Shown here one piece after another: positions 50,048 to 59,006 of a DNA stretch of 64,000 nt. Positions within the stretch are counted from its first letter, which is position 1. Each line of letters begins with the position of its first letter. The stretch is taken from NCBI GenBank assembly GCA_044229975.1, contig JBGARZ010000001.1, forward strand, positions 608,001 through 672,000. The letters are read 5' to 3'. The DNA comes from Polyangiales bacterium. GTDB taxonomy: Bacteria > Myxococcota_A > Polyangia > Polyangiales > Ga0077539. The translations under genes were made by a program, and so were the position numbers. The notes beneath the pieces are model-generated. The model saw only the letters and a program-made list of their open reading frames with translations, made no database searches and was not told the DNA's origin.

Positions 50048-50222
50048 CCGCGAATGAGGATGCCCCAGGTCGTCGAGCACGTATCGCAACAGCCCGCGTT
50101 GATTGCATGGACAGCCCCCGCGCCGTGGTCCATCGCTTGGCGCGCCGACGAGCACCGCCCTCCGCGACGCCCCGCAGCGCGCTTGCCTTCATGCTGACGG
50201 CCGCCGGGTGCTTCGCGCTCAT

Positions 50223-50298
50223 GAACCCAGAGTGCGACGTGCCCCTCTCGGTGACGTCTGTCGGAAACTCCACGCGCACCCGTTGGAGAGCTCGCTGA
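50223..50298. repeat. Dispersed intergenic repeat, copy 1
   Basis: Aligns to copy 2 at about 52/64 positions; core GACGT..GG.AACTCC.CGCGCACC.GTTGGAGAG.TCGCTG. Confidence 0.85.
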
Positions 50299-50311
50299 GC
50301 GACACGACCCG

Positions 50312-50866
50312 TCACCCGCCCGCGTCGTCACCCTCGTACACGTCGTCGACCGCGAGCCTCCCCCCGAACTCCGGCAACGCGAGAACCTCGCCCGCCGTGA
50401 CGACGGTGAGCGTCCAGGTGCCGTCGGGGTTGCGGCGGTAGTGCTCGATGCGGCGCCGCCCGACGGACACCATCAGGTAGTGCCGCAGCGACTCGAGGAG
50501 CTGGTAGTCGGCGAACTTGTCGCCGCGGTCGAAGCGTTCGGTCGAGGGCGAGAGCACCTCGACGATCAGGGTCGGGTTGGTGACGGCGACCGTGTCGACG
50601 GCATCGCGTGCGAGGGGGCCGCATACGACCGTGCCGTCGGCGTAGTAGGCGTTGCCTGACGCGGGGACGCGCACCTTGAGGTCGGACGAGAAGACGCGGC
50701 ACGGCCCGCCCCGCATGAGCTGCCGCAGCTCCGCGCCGACGGAGAGCGCGAGCCGCGCGTGCTCCGGCTCGCCGCCGGCCATCGCGCACGCGAAGCCGCC
50801 GACGAACTCGTGACGCACACCCGACGAGCGCTCCAGCGCGAGGTACTCGGCGTAGGTGGTCCTCAA
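50312..50866 (-). CDS. Uma2 family endonuclease
   Basis: EYL..RHEFVGG..AMAGG..H, SDLKVRV, NPTLIVEVLSPSTERFDRGDKF; start uncertain (TTG 50866; ACG at 50884 where ATG would be expected). Confidence 0.9.
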   Translation of the reverse strand: MRTTYAEYLALERSSGVRHEFVGGFACAMAGGEPEHARLALSVGAELRQLMRGGPCRVFSSDLKVRVPASGNAYYADGTVVCGPLARDAVDTVAVTNPTLIVEVLSPSTERFDRGDKFADYQLLESLRHYLMVSVGRRRIEHYRRNPDGTWTLTVVTAGEVLALPEFGGRLAVDDVYEGDDAGG

Positions 50867-51078
50867 CTTCTCCGCCGCGCTCGTCGGCCGCGATGGTAGG
50901 CGACGCGCGTGGTGGTGAACAGTCGCAGGGCGACGACTCGCCCGCGAGACCGACGGTCGGCCCCCATCAACAACCTGGCGTCGATCTCCAGCAGGTCGAC
51001 CAGCGGCCCAGGGAAGGTCACGCGCCAGCGGAACCACCTCACCCGCCCGTCGCGGCTCTGCCTCGCCTCAAGCATCGC

Positions 51079-51603
51079 CTACGGCACGCCCGCGGGGCGC
51101 GGGGGGAGAGTCGCCTCCCAGTCGGCGATGTGGATGTGTCGCATCCGTTCTCCGGGGCGGAGCGTGATCACGATCGACACGTGATGCGCGCCGCGGCAGC
51201 AATCGCCGCGATGCCCGCATGTCGCCATGCACGCAACCGAATCGGTGAATCCACCCGCACGCGTTCGTCCGGCGGCGTCGAGCGCGTAGCCGACGAGCAC
51301 ATAGGTTCCGGCGGGTAGGCCCCGCACGGCGAATCGATTGTCCCGGGCGATCGTGACGAAGTACGCGCACGATCCGGGTGCGTCCTGACGGATCGCGACG
51401 ACCTGCACCGGGAGCCGAACGCCGACCGGGCGATAGAACGACCCTTCGATGGTTGCAGTGTCCGCTGGCGTGCGCGGCGTGCACGTCGTCGTGGCGGTGG
51501 CCATCGCAGTCGCGCTCGGCGAAGGCGACTGCGCCCACGCGGGTGCCGCCCGTTGCAGGGAGAGCAACACGACCGAGGCGACGGGCAGCGGCTGGGTGTT
51601 CAC
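51079..51603 (-). CDS. Secreted hypothetical protein (carboxypeptidase-regulatory-like fold)
   Basis: FAVRGLPAGTYVL motif; signal-like N-terminus. Confidence 0.55.
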   Translation of the reverse strand: MNTQPLPVASVVLLSLQRAAPAWAQSPSPSATAMATATTTCTPRTPADTATIEGSFYRPVGVRLPVQVVAIRQDAPGSCAYFVTIARDNRFAVRGLPAGTYVLVGYALDAAGRTRAGGFTDSVACMATCGHRGDCCRGAHHVSIVITLRPGERMRHIHIADWEATLPPRPAGVP

Positions 51604-51753
51604 GAAGCGAGGGTGACATCGCTGCGGCGAGGAGGTTCCGCGAGGCCGCGCATCACGGCGCCGCTCGGGCGCTCACGCACGCGTTGCGGGCGAGCGCACT
51701 CGACCTGCGCCGAGTGCGGGACGAACACGTCGAAGTCGCGCTCGTCATCGCGG

Positions 51754-51834
51754 ACCGAACTCCCATGTCTACGAAGTACCTCTCTCGTTGACGTGCGCCG
51801 GGAACTCCGCGCGCACCGTTGGAGAGTTCGCTGG
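51754..51834. repeat. Dispersed intergenic repeat, copy 2
   Basis: ACCGAACTCCCA...TGGAGAGTTCGCT, imperfect inverted ends. Confidence 0.85.
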
Positions 51835-51884
51835 CTCCTGCCACCAGCCTCGATCGGTTCATGGTCACTCGCCCGCGACGCCTC

Positions 51885-52940
51885 CTACGCCACGCTCCCG
51901 CGGACGGCCGTCGCGACCTTCACCCACTCGCCGCCCGCCGAGCGCTTGTAGATCACCGACTGCCACACCGTGCGGTCGTCCTCCTCCGCGACGATCTCCG
52001 GAAACCCGTCGCCGTCCAGGTCGAACACCGCGATCGGGCGGACGAACGACCCGTCGCTGCGGGGCCTCACGCGCTCGACCTGCCAGTCGCCCCTCTCCCA
52101 CCGCGCGATGATGATGCCGGCCCGCCCGAACACCAGCCGGACGGTCGGCGCCCCGTCGTCCCGGCCGCGCGGCGCGTCGGACGCCCGGAAGAAGAGCGCC
52201 CGGCTGTGCAGCGGAAGGGGCACCGGGTCGTGGTCGCCCGTCTCCTGCGCGTGGAGGCGGTCGTCCAGGGTGAGCGCCGCGGCCCACTGGTCGAGATCGG
52301 GGTCGTGCCGCGCCGAGGGCGGCGGGCGCCACGGCCCGGACGTCGACGCGAACAGCCCCGACGACCCGTGGTGCTCTGGAACCAGCGTGAGCTCGTCGCA
52401 GTTGGTGACGTCGTAGTACTGGCCGTCCCAGAGCGTCGACTCGCCGACGACCTGACCCCAGCGGTCGATCTCGCGCCAGCGGGTTCCGTGGACGGCGAAG
52501 GGCTCGCAGCAGGGCTGACCCGCGCGCTCGATGCCGCGCGCCGTGACGCGCGCCAGCGGGACGTGCGGCGCGTGCGACAGCCACATCGTCACGCCCGCGC
52601 CGACGGGGCACCGCGGCGAAGCGGGCCGCGACGTCGGTAGCGTCGGGGGCCACTCCGCGTAGAGGAAGTCGTCGCCGTCGAAGAGGGACATCGGGTGCCG
52701 CAGGGTGCGCGGGTTGAGGTCGATCGCCGCGGCCAGACCGCCGTCCACCGCGGAGGCGTCAGGGGCCGACGCGTCGCTCGCGGGCGCGACGGCGACCGAC
52801 GCGTCGACCCGCTGGACGCGGCGCGCGGGCGACCGGTGGGGGTGACAGCCGACGGCTACCAGCGCGAGCCACGCCCCGACGCCCGCGACGCTGAGGGCGC
52901 AGGGCATTCCGGTGCGTAGGCTCTCCCGGCGCGCGTCCAT
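51885..52940 (-). CDS. Lipoprotein-like hypothetical protein with FG-GAP-like motif
   Basis: AVGC lipobox; FDLDGDGFPEIV. Confidence 0.65.
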   Translation of the reverse strand: MDARRESLRTGMPCALSVAGVGAWLALVAVGCHPHRSPARRVQRVDASVAVAPASDASAPDASAVDGGLAAAIDLNPRTLRHPMSLFDGDDFLYAEWPPTLPTSRPASPRCPVGAGVTMWLSHAPHVPLARVTARGIERAGQPCCEPFAVHGTRWREIDRWGQVVGESTLWDGQYYDVTNCDELTLVPEHHGSSGLFASTSGPWRPPPSARHDPDLDQWAAALTLDDRLHAQETGDHDPVPLPLHSRALFFRASDAPRGRDDGAPTVRLVFGRAGIIIARWERGDWQVERVRPRSDGSFVRPIAVFDLDGDGFPEIVAEEDDRTVWQSVIYKRSAGGEWVKVATAVRGSVA

Positions 52941-53125
52941 CGGCCGACGGTACACCGCGCCCCCCGATCGCCTGGCACGAACCGGATCGGCCCGCTGCGA
53001 GTGGTCGAGCCGCTGCTGCTTGCCGGGCTGCGATGGGGCTGTGCGGCTTCGAGCAGTGAGCCACGCGCGAGGGCCGATCGGAGGTCCAGCGGGGCACGAT
53101 CATCGGCACGGATCTGCTGCGGTTG

Positions 53126-53207
53126 ACCGAACGCCCAGACCGCGAGGTTCACCTGTCAGCGACGTACACCGGGAGCTCAGCGCCCGCCCGCTGGAGAGCT
53201 ACGCTGG
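53126..53207. repeat. Dispersed intergenic repeat, copy 3
   Basis: ACCGAACGCCCA...GACGTACACCGGGAGCTC...GCTGGAGAGCTACGCTGG. Confidence 0.85.
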
Positions 53208-53273
53208 CCGCCGCCAGGCCCGCCGACGCGGTGTGCTCCGACGCCAACGCGCTCGTCTGCCGCTCGCGACCCG

Positions 53274-54266
53274 CTACGCCCCGCGCTCGAACCGCAGGCG
53301 CAGCACCTCGTCGTCGAGCTCGCGAGCGATCGCGAGCGCCCGCCGCCGCGCGTCGGCCCCCTCCTCGCCGCCGACGATGCGCCCGAGCATCTGGAGCGCC
53401 ATCGCGCGCATGCGGATGTGGCCACCGTCGCCCGCGTGCCGACACGCCTCGCGGGCCAGCGCCGCGCCCTCATCGGCGAAGCCCTGCTTCCAGCGCGCGT
53501 AGGCGAGCCCGTTCGCCCGTCGACAGCGCGCGAAGGCCGGCGCCCCCTCCGTCGGGATCAGGTGGTACAGCGCCTCCGCGGCGGCCGGGTCGGGCGGTCG
53601 ACCGCCGCGGGCGCGGTTGCGCTCGTACGCGTGGTGGTCGATCCAGCGGGCGTGCAGGCACGCGCGGTCGTGCGCGGGCATCGGGTGCGCGAGCAGGGGC
53701 TCGGCCTCGGCCAGCAGCGATGGCACGCGCGCGGGGTCGTCGCGGCTCGCGAGGAAGGCCTCGACGAGGAGGTGCTCGGCGCGCGCGTCGGCGGGCGCCC
53801 GCGACAGCACCGGGCGGACGCGGGCGAGGTGCGCGCGGGCGGCGTCGCGGTCGTCCGAGCGCAGCGCGCAGGTGACGTGGGCGAGCGCGAGGAAGACGTG
53901 CGAGGCGAGCTCCTCGCTCACGGGCGGACGGTCCCAGAGGCGCACGAGGTCGACGCACAGCGGCACCGGGAGGTCGGTGTAGCGCGAGTGGTACGAGCCC
54001 ATCCAGCGGGCACGCTCGGAGAGGGCGCCGGGCAGACCGAAGGCCGCCAGCGCCCGCGCGCCCCACGCGCCGCCGTCGCCCTGGCCGCGGGTGCGCAGGC
54101 GGCGCAGGGCGCGCTCGATCGAGGCCACGTCGTCCTCGTAGCCGCGGAGCGCCGAAAGGCGCCCGGCCACGGCGGCCAGCGAGCCCTCGCGGGCGACGAG
54201 CCACGCGACGTATTCGCCCCAGGAGAAGCCGGCGGCGTAGCCATGTCCGAAATCGTGTCCGGGCAT
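53274..54266 (-). CDS. Hypothetical helical (HTH/TPR-like) protein
   Basis: 330-aa GC3-rich ORF. Confidence 0.7.
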   Translation of the reverse strand: MPGHDFGHGYAAGFSWGEYVAWLVAREGSLAAVAGRLSALRGYEDDVASIERALRRLRTRGQGDGGAWGARALAAFGLPGALSERARWMGSYHSRYTDLPVPLCVDLVRLWDRPPVSEELASHVFLALAHVTCALRSDDRDAARAHLARVRPVLSRAPADARAEHLLVEAFLASRDDPARVPSLLAEAEPLLAHPMPAHDRACLHARWIDHHAYERNRARGGRPPDPAAAEALYHLIPTEGAPAFARCRRANGLAYARWKQGFADEGAALAREACRHAGDGGHIRMRAMALQMLGRIVGGEEGADARRRALAIARELDDEVLRLRFERGA

Positions 54267-54319
54267 CGGGGAGGCCCGGAGGATATCAACGGTCCGGGCG
54301 CACGAAGGAGCGCCATCGC

Positions 54320-54883
54320 ATGACCACCCGACCCGCCTTCTTCCTCGTCATCGACCTCGAGGCGACCTGCGACGACACCGGTGCCATCCCCCCGAAGATC
54401 ATGGAGATCATCGAGATCGGCGCCGTGCTCGTCGACGCCGCCTCCCTCGCGCCCGTCGCGGAGTTCTGGACCTTCGTGCGTCCGGTGATCCGCCCGACGC
54501 TCACGCGGTTCTGCACCGGGCTCACGACCATCGCGCAGGCCGACGTCGACGCGGCGCCGACCTTCCCCGCGGCCGTCGAGGCGCTCGGCCGCTTCGTCGG
54601 CGACCGCGACGCGCTCTTCTGCTCGTGGGGCGACTACGACCGCAACCAGTTCGCCATCGACGCGGCGCGCTGGGGCGTCACCCTCCCGCTCCGCGGCCAC
54701 ATGAACGTCAAGAAGCGCTTCTCCGCCGCCCTCGGCGAGACCCAGCGTTACGGCATGTCGGCCGCTCTCGAGCGGCTCGGGCTCCCGCTCGTCGGCACGC
54801 ACCACCGGGGCATCGACGACGCCCGCAACATCGCGCGCATCCTCCCGTACGGCGTCGGCCGGGTTCCCATTCCCGGCCGGTGA
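54320..54883 (+). CDS. DEDDh 3'-5' exonuclease (KapD/ERI1-like)
   Basis: IDLEATC, EIIEIGAV, SWGDYD, HHRGIDDA. Confidence 0.93.
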   Translation: MTTRPAFFLVIDLEATCDDTGAIPPKIMEIIEIGAVLVDAASLAPVAEFWTFVRPVIRPTLTRFCTGLTTIAQADVDAAPTFPAAVEALGRFVGDRDALFCSWGDYDRNQFAIDAARWGVTLPLRGHMNVKKRFSAALGETQRYGMSAALERLGLPLVGTHHRGIDDARNIARILPYGVGRVPIPGR

Positions 54884-55166
54884 GCGCCCGCGTCGAGGCC
54901 GAGCACCCGCTCGCGCGTCTCGCCGAGCGCGGTGAGCATGAGGATGGGCGTGCTCACTCCGGCGCGCCGCAGCTCGCGGCAGACGGAGAGGCCATCGAGG
55001 TCGGGCAGCATCCAGTCGAGGGCGATGACGTCGTAGAGGCCGTCCGCGGCCTGGGCGAGGGCGTCGGCGCCGCGGCGCAGGTGTCGGCCGCGAAGCCCTC
55101 CTCGGCGAACACCCTGGCGAGGAAGCGCGCGACCTTCCGGTCGTCCTCGACGACGAGCAGCTTCAT
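54884..55166 (-). pseudogene. OmpR-type response regulator remnant
   Basis: MKLLVVEDD..; frameshift near 55073; LDWMLP..PILMLTA..GLDAGA then truncated before DDY and the DNA-binding domain. Confidence 0.88.
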
Positions 55167-55383
55167 CGCGCCGACCTTGGCGCCTGTTCGAACCCTGCAC
55201 AGGTGCACCATGCACCTTGCACACGTGTCACGGACTCCGCGCTGACTCGTCGCCGCAGCGCTGCCGCGCACCTTCGCCCACGCGCCCGTATGCGAGTCAC
55301 CTTCGCGCCGGTCACCCAACGCGCACCTGCGGCATCCGTGGACGCGTACGTCGGCCCGGCGTTCGCTGTGCACACGGATCGTT

Positions 55384-56559
55384 GTGAAGAACTTGCTCGC
55401 ACCCAGGTGGCCGCGTCGCTTCGCGCTCGCCGCCCTCATGTCCGTGACGGCCGCTTGTGGCAACGAGGTTGAGCCCATGCGCGACCACGGGTGGCAGGAC
55501 GACTCGGGCGGCGGCAACCCCGACATGGAGGCCACCGGGAGCGCCACCGTGGGACCTCCCATGCAGCGCGACGCGGGGCAGGTCCCCGATCAGCCCGCGG
55601 TCGACCCTGCGGACGCGTCGCCCAACGGCAACAACCCGGGGCCGGACGCAAACGCCGTCGCGAGCATCGCGGGGCGGTCGTGTGGGCGCGGCCTCATGTG
55701 CAACGGCCACTCGTGCTGCGAGACCATCTCCGTCCCTGGCGGAACGCTCCTCTACGGTCGCTCGGTCGCAGGCCAGGACGCGTACAACGTCCCCAACCCG
55801 GAGGAGCTGCCCGAACACCCCGTGACGATCCCGGACTTCTATCTCGACCGCTACGAGGTGACGGTCGGGCGCTTCCGCAAGTTCGTCGAGGCGTGGACGG
55901 GTGCCCCCATTCCGGCTGGCGCTGGCGCCCACCCCGCGGTGCCCGGCAGCGGCTGGCAGGCCGAGTGGAACCGTCAGCTCCCGCCGGACCGCGACGCCTT
56001 TATCGGTGCGCTCCACTGCGCCGGGGGCCTTGAGTCGTGGCACGACGAGGAGGGACCCGACGACGCGCGGCCCATCGGTTGTCTCGACTGGTACGAAGCG
56101 TTCGCGTTCTGCATCTGGGATGGTGGTCGCCTGCCCGTCGAGTCGGAGTGGGAGTACGCCGCGGCCGGCGGCTCGCAGAACCGCCTGTACCCCTGGGGCT
56201 CCGACGAGCCCGACTGCACCCGGGTTCGCCCCTTCGGCAACTGCGCCGGGGCGTCGGACATCCTCGCTCCGGTCGGCACCCGCCCCGCGGGCGCGGGCCT
56301 CTGGGGTCACGAAGACTTCGCGGGCGGTGCCATGGAGTGGGTGCTCGACTACTACGAGAACTACGTCGTCGACCTGCCCGGCCTGCACGCCCGCCTCGAC
56401 CCGCCGTACCGCGCCATGTCGCGGCGCGCGCTGCGGGGTCTGAGCTTCCACGGAGGCGGCGGCGACATGCGCAACACCGACCGCGGCAACGCGCTGCCCA
56501 GCTCCCGCTACGAGCGCTTCGGTGTCCGCTGCGCGCGCAACGTCGCGCCGACCCCGTAG
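55384..56559 (+). CDS. FGE-sulfatase (SUMF1) domain lipoprotein
   Basis: TAAC lipobox; FYLDRYEVTVGRF, RLP.ESEWEYAA, YPWG, EWV.D, FGVRCAR. Confidence 0.9.
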   Translation: MKNLLAPRWPRRFALAALMSVTAACGNEVEPMRDHGWQDDSGGGNPDMEATGSATVGPPMQRDAGQVPDQPAVDPADASPNGNNPGPDANAVASIAGRSCGRGLMCNGHSCCETISVPGGTLLYGRSVAGQDAYNVPNPEELPEHPVTIPDFYLDRYEVTVGRFRKFVEAWTGAPIPAGAGAHPAVPGSGWQAEWNRQLPPDRDAFIGALHCAGGLESWHDEEGPDDARPIGCLDWYEAFAFCIWDGGRLPVESEWEYAAAGGSQNRLYPWGSDEPDCTRVRPFGNCAGASDILAPVGTRPAGAGLWGHEDFAGGAMEWVLDYYENYVVDLPGLHARLDPPYRAMSRRALRGLSFHGGGGDMRNTDRGNALPSSRYERFGVRCARNVAPTP

Positions 56560-56575
56560 CGCGAGCTCGGTTGCA

Positions 56576-56638
56576 TCACCCATGAGCGACGTACACCGGG
56601 AGCGCCCCGCCCGGCCGCCCGCTGGAGAGCTACGCTGG
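56576..56638. repeat. Dispersed intergenic repeat, copy 4
   Basis: AGCGACGTACACCGGGAGC and GCCCGCTGGAGAGCTACGCTGG are identical to copy 3. Confidence 0.88.
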
Positions 56639-56683
56639 ATCTTCAGATACGATCACAGGTAGGCGTCGTCCCGGATCCGAGTC

Positions 56684-57253
56684 ATGACTTCCAGCGATCT
56701 CGACGAGCAGCTTAGCAGCAAGGAGAGTCTCTTCCCGGAGCTGTTCAAACACTTCCGGGCTGGAGGTTGGTCTGAGACGTGGCGCGCCCGACCCTCCGAG
56801 GTTGAACGCGAGCCTGTCGACTGGGTAGTCCCATTCCCGATGCACGAACTCGCGAGGGCAATACTGGAACGCTTCCTTGGGCGGCAGTTCCGGACTGTGG
56901 ACGTGCATTTTGGGACTTCGCATCACTGCACGGCCAAGAGCCTGCAGGTGATCAAGCCCTATGAGGTCGAGGAGTACCTCTTGGGAGAGCGCCCCCCTAC
57001 GAAGAGTCGCCCTCCGGCGTTCCCCGTGTGCATGTCGAACTCTTTCGTCATGTTCCTGCGCGAGGACTGGTCGACGGTCATGGTGAGCTACTGCTGGGCG
57101 GAGTTCGTAGTCGTCGACAACCTGTTCGAGATTCTGAACGCGTTCACCACCCACACGTCTCCGTTCCTTCGCGACACGACCCTCTGGACTCTCATCACGG
57201 AGCCCAGCCAGGTTCCGGACCGCGTCCAGAAGACCATCTACCTCACGCCCTGA
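56684..57253 (+). CDS. Hypothetical protein, atypical composition
   Basis: 189-aa ORF, visibly more AT-rich codons than its neighbours. Confidence 0.65.
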   Translation: MTSSDLDEQLSSKESLFPELFKHFRAGGWSETWRARPSEVEREPVDWVVPFPMHELARAILERFLGRQFRTVDVHFGTSHHCTAKSLQVIKPYEVEEYLLGERPPTKSRPPAFPVCMSNSFVMFLREDWSTVMVSYCWAEFVVVDNLFEILNAFTTHTSPFLRDTTLWTLITEPSQVPDRVQKTIYLTP

Positions 57254-57430
57254 CTGCACGCGTGCCCTGACGATCCGGGACCGAGAACCCCGAGCCGAGC
57301 GTGAGCTGCTCGACGTCGCGCAGGCCGGGGATCTCCCTCGGCGAGGCTCTCCAGCGGCAGTCAGTTGGTAGGGGGAGAGTCGTACATTGCCGGGCTGTTG
57401 CGGCGATCGCGCGGGAGCATGCAACAACAA

Positions 57431-57476
57431 CTGGGAGCGCCGCGCCCGCCCGTTGGAGCGCTGGAGAACTCGCTGG
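57431..57476. repeat. Dispersed intergenic repeat, partial copy 5
   Basis: GGGAGCGCCGCGCCCGCCCGTTGGAG..CTGGAGAACTCGCTGG. Confidence 0.65.
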
Positions 57477-57521
57477 CGCGTCGAACGGAAAGCGCGTCCT
57501 CGGGGCCCCGCCGAAAAGCGA

Positions 57522-57706
57522 CCGCCCACGCCCGCGGTACGCGGACTTACCCGGAGGGACGCACCCGCCCACGCCCGCGGTCGTCGACTCCGTCGTAGGG
57601 TTAAGGGTGCGGGGAGCAGACGACCGCGGGCGTGGACGGGCGCTTCCCTCCGGGTAAGTCCGCGTACCGCGGGCGTGGACGGGCGCGTCCCTCCGGGTAA
57701 GTCCGC
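57522..57706. repeat. Long inverted repeat built from 43-bp units
   Basis: 57522-57585 pairs with 57619-57682 (4 mismatches in 64); units at 57623 and 57666 are tandem. Confidence 0.92.
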
Positions 57707-57868
57707 ATTGGGAGGCGTGAGTGGAGCGCGCCGGAGCGTCCCCGCTGCTCCGTCCGCACCTTCCGCCCTCTCGCGAAGCCCCCGTCGCCCGCCGTCCATC
57801 CCGTCCGACGTCCTCCGTCCACTCCGCGGCCCGTCCCCACTCGCCGCCATCGGCCACCGGAGCGTCCG

Positions 57869-57899
57869 GGACGCGATGGAAGCCCCTCCCATCGCGTCC
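57869..57899 (-). terminator. 11-bp perfect stem-loop just downstream of the 57927 stop
   Basis: GGACGCGATGG-9 nt-CCATCGCGTCC; no U-tract. Confidence 0.45.
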
Positions 57900-57926
57900 A
57901 GAACACATCCACCTACATCCGCAGGA

Positions 57927-58685
57927 CTACCCCTTGGCGGGACCATCGACCGGCGGGGTCACGGGCTCATCCTCGGTCGCCGCGGTGGCCCGGCCGATGG
58001 CCTTGTGCACCCGCGCGGCGCTCTCCGCGTCGCCCAGGAACTCGTACAGCCCCTGGAGGATCCGCGCGAGCCCCACGCGCCGGGCGCGCGCCACTCGCAG
58101 CGTCTTGTCGCGCTTCACCAGCGCGGCCGACTCCTCGCGCGCCTCGCGGGCGAGCGCCTTCAGCGTCTTGTCGAGCGCCGCGGCGTCGTCGGCGATGCCC
58201 GCGACGAGCTTCGGCACGTCGAGCGTCACGCCGCCGCGGGTGGCCTTCGGCGGGTGTGTCTTCACCCGCGCCAGAACGCTTCCTGCCAGCGCGATGAGCG
58301 CGGCCTCGCGCTCGGGGGTGGCGCCGACGAAACCGAGCTCCGTGACGACGGTCTCGTCGCACACCGAGTCGATGGTCTTGCGCAGGCCCACGAGGCGCGC
58401 CGAGAGGGAACCACGCTGCCGTTCGCGGTCGGCGAGGAGGGGCGCGTCGTCGGCGCGCTCGGCCTCCAGCGCGCGCTGCGCCACCTCGGCGTCGCGCGCG
58501 GCGGCGTCGGTGGAGCGGGCGAGCCACGCGAGCACGGGGCCCAGCAACGGGACGCGCTCCTTGGCGTGGGCGACCTCGGCGAAGATCTCGGCGACCTCGT
58601 CGGCGACGCGATCGCCCGCGGTCTCCACGAGCTTCGACAGGTCGAGCGAGGCTTCGGCCGTGCGTGCGGTGTCCTTGGCAGTCAT
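57927..58685 (-). CDS. Hypothetical coiled-coil protein
   Basis: GGAGG RBS; E.ADD, LGF.G.TP, ARE.RE motifs. Confidence 0.8.
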   Translation of the reverse strand: MTAKDTARTAEASLDLSKLVETAGDRVADEVAEIFAEVAHAKERVPLLGPVLAWLARSTDAAARDAEVAQRALEAERADDAPLLADRERQRGSLSARLVGLRKTIDSVCDETVVTELGFVGATPEREAALIALAGSVLARVKTHPPKATRGGVTLDVPKLVAGIADDAAALDKTLKALAREAREESAALVKRDKTLRVARARRVGLARILQGLYEFLGDAESAARVHKAIGRATAATEDEPVTPPVDGPAKG

Positions 58686-59006
58686 CGATGCACCTCCCAG
58701 TGTGTGAGCGCCGCAGCTCCCTCGCGCGGACGCTTGTCGAGTAAAGCGGTAACAGGGAGACGCGGCGCTGGTGAAGGGCGAACGCGCCAACGGGGCACTT
58801 CGTGGGGGCGCTGTGGGAGCGGCGGGGCGTGGGCCTACATCGAAAGCGGTGGTGTCCGTTGTGACCTTGAGAGGCAGGCCATTCAGGGGCAGTTGAGTCG
58901 CGCCGCCTCGTCCGGTCGCAGACCTCCCACCCGTGACGTTGCAGTCCCTCATACCCCGACGCACCCGATAGAGCCCTGCGCCGATCCGTGCTCCCCTCCA
59001 ACGCGC

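Noticed and set aside
50900..51075. 70-aa minus-strand ORF upstream of Uma2
   Set aside because: No recognisable motif or RBS; possibly a gene fragment
57522..57706. Possible CRISPR array
   Set aside because: Units abut without unique spacers, occur in both orientations, and no cas genes are present
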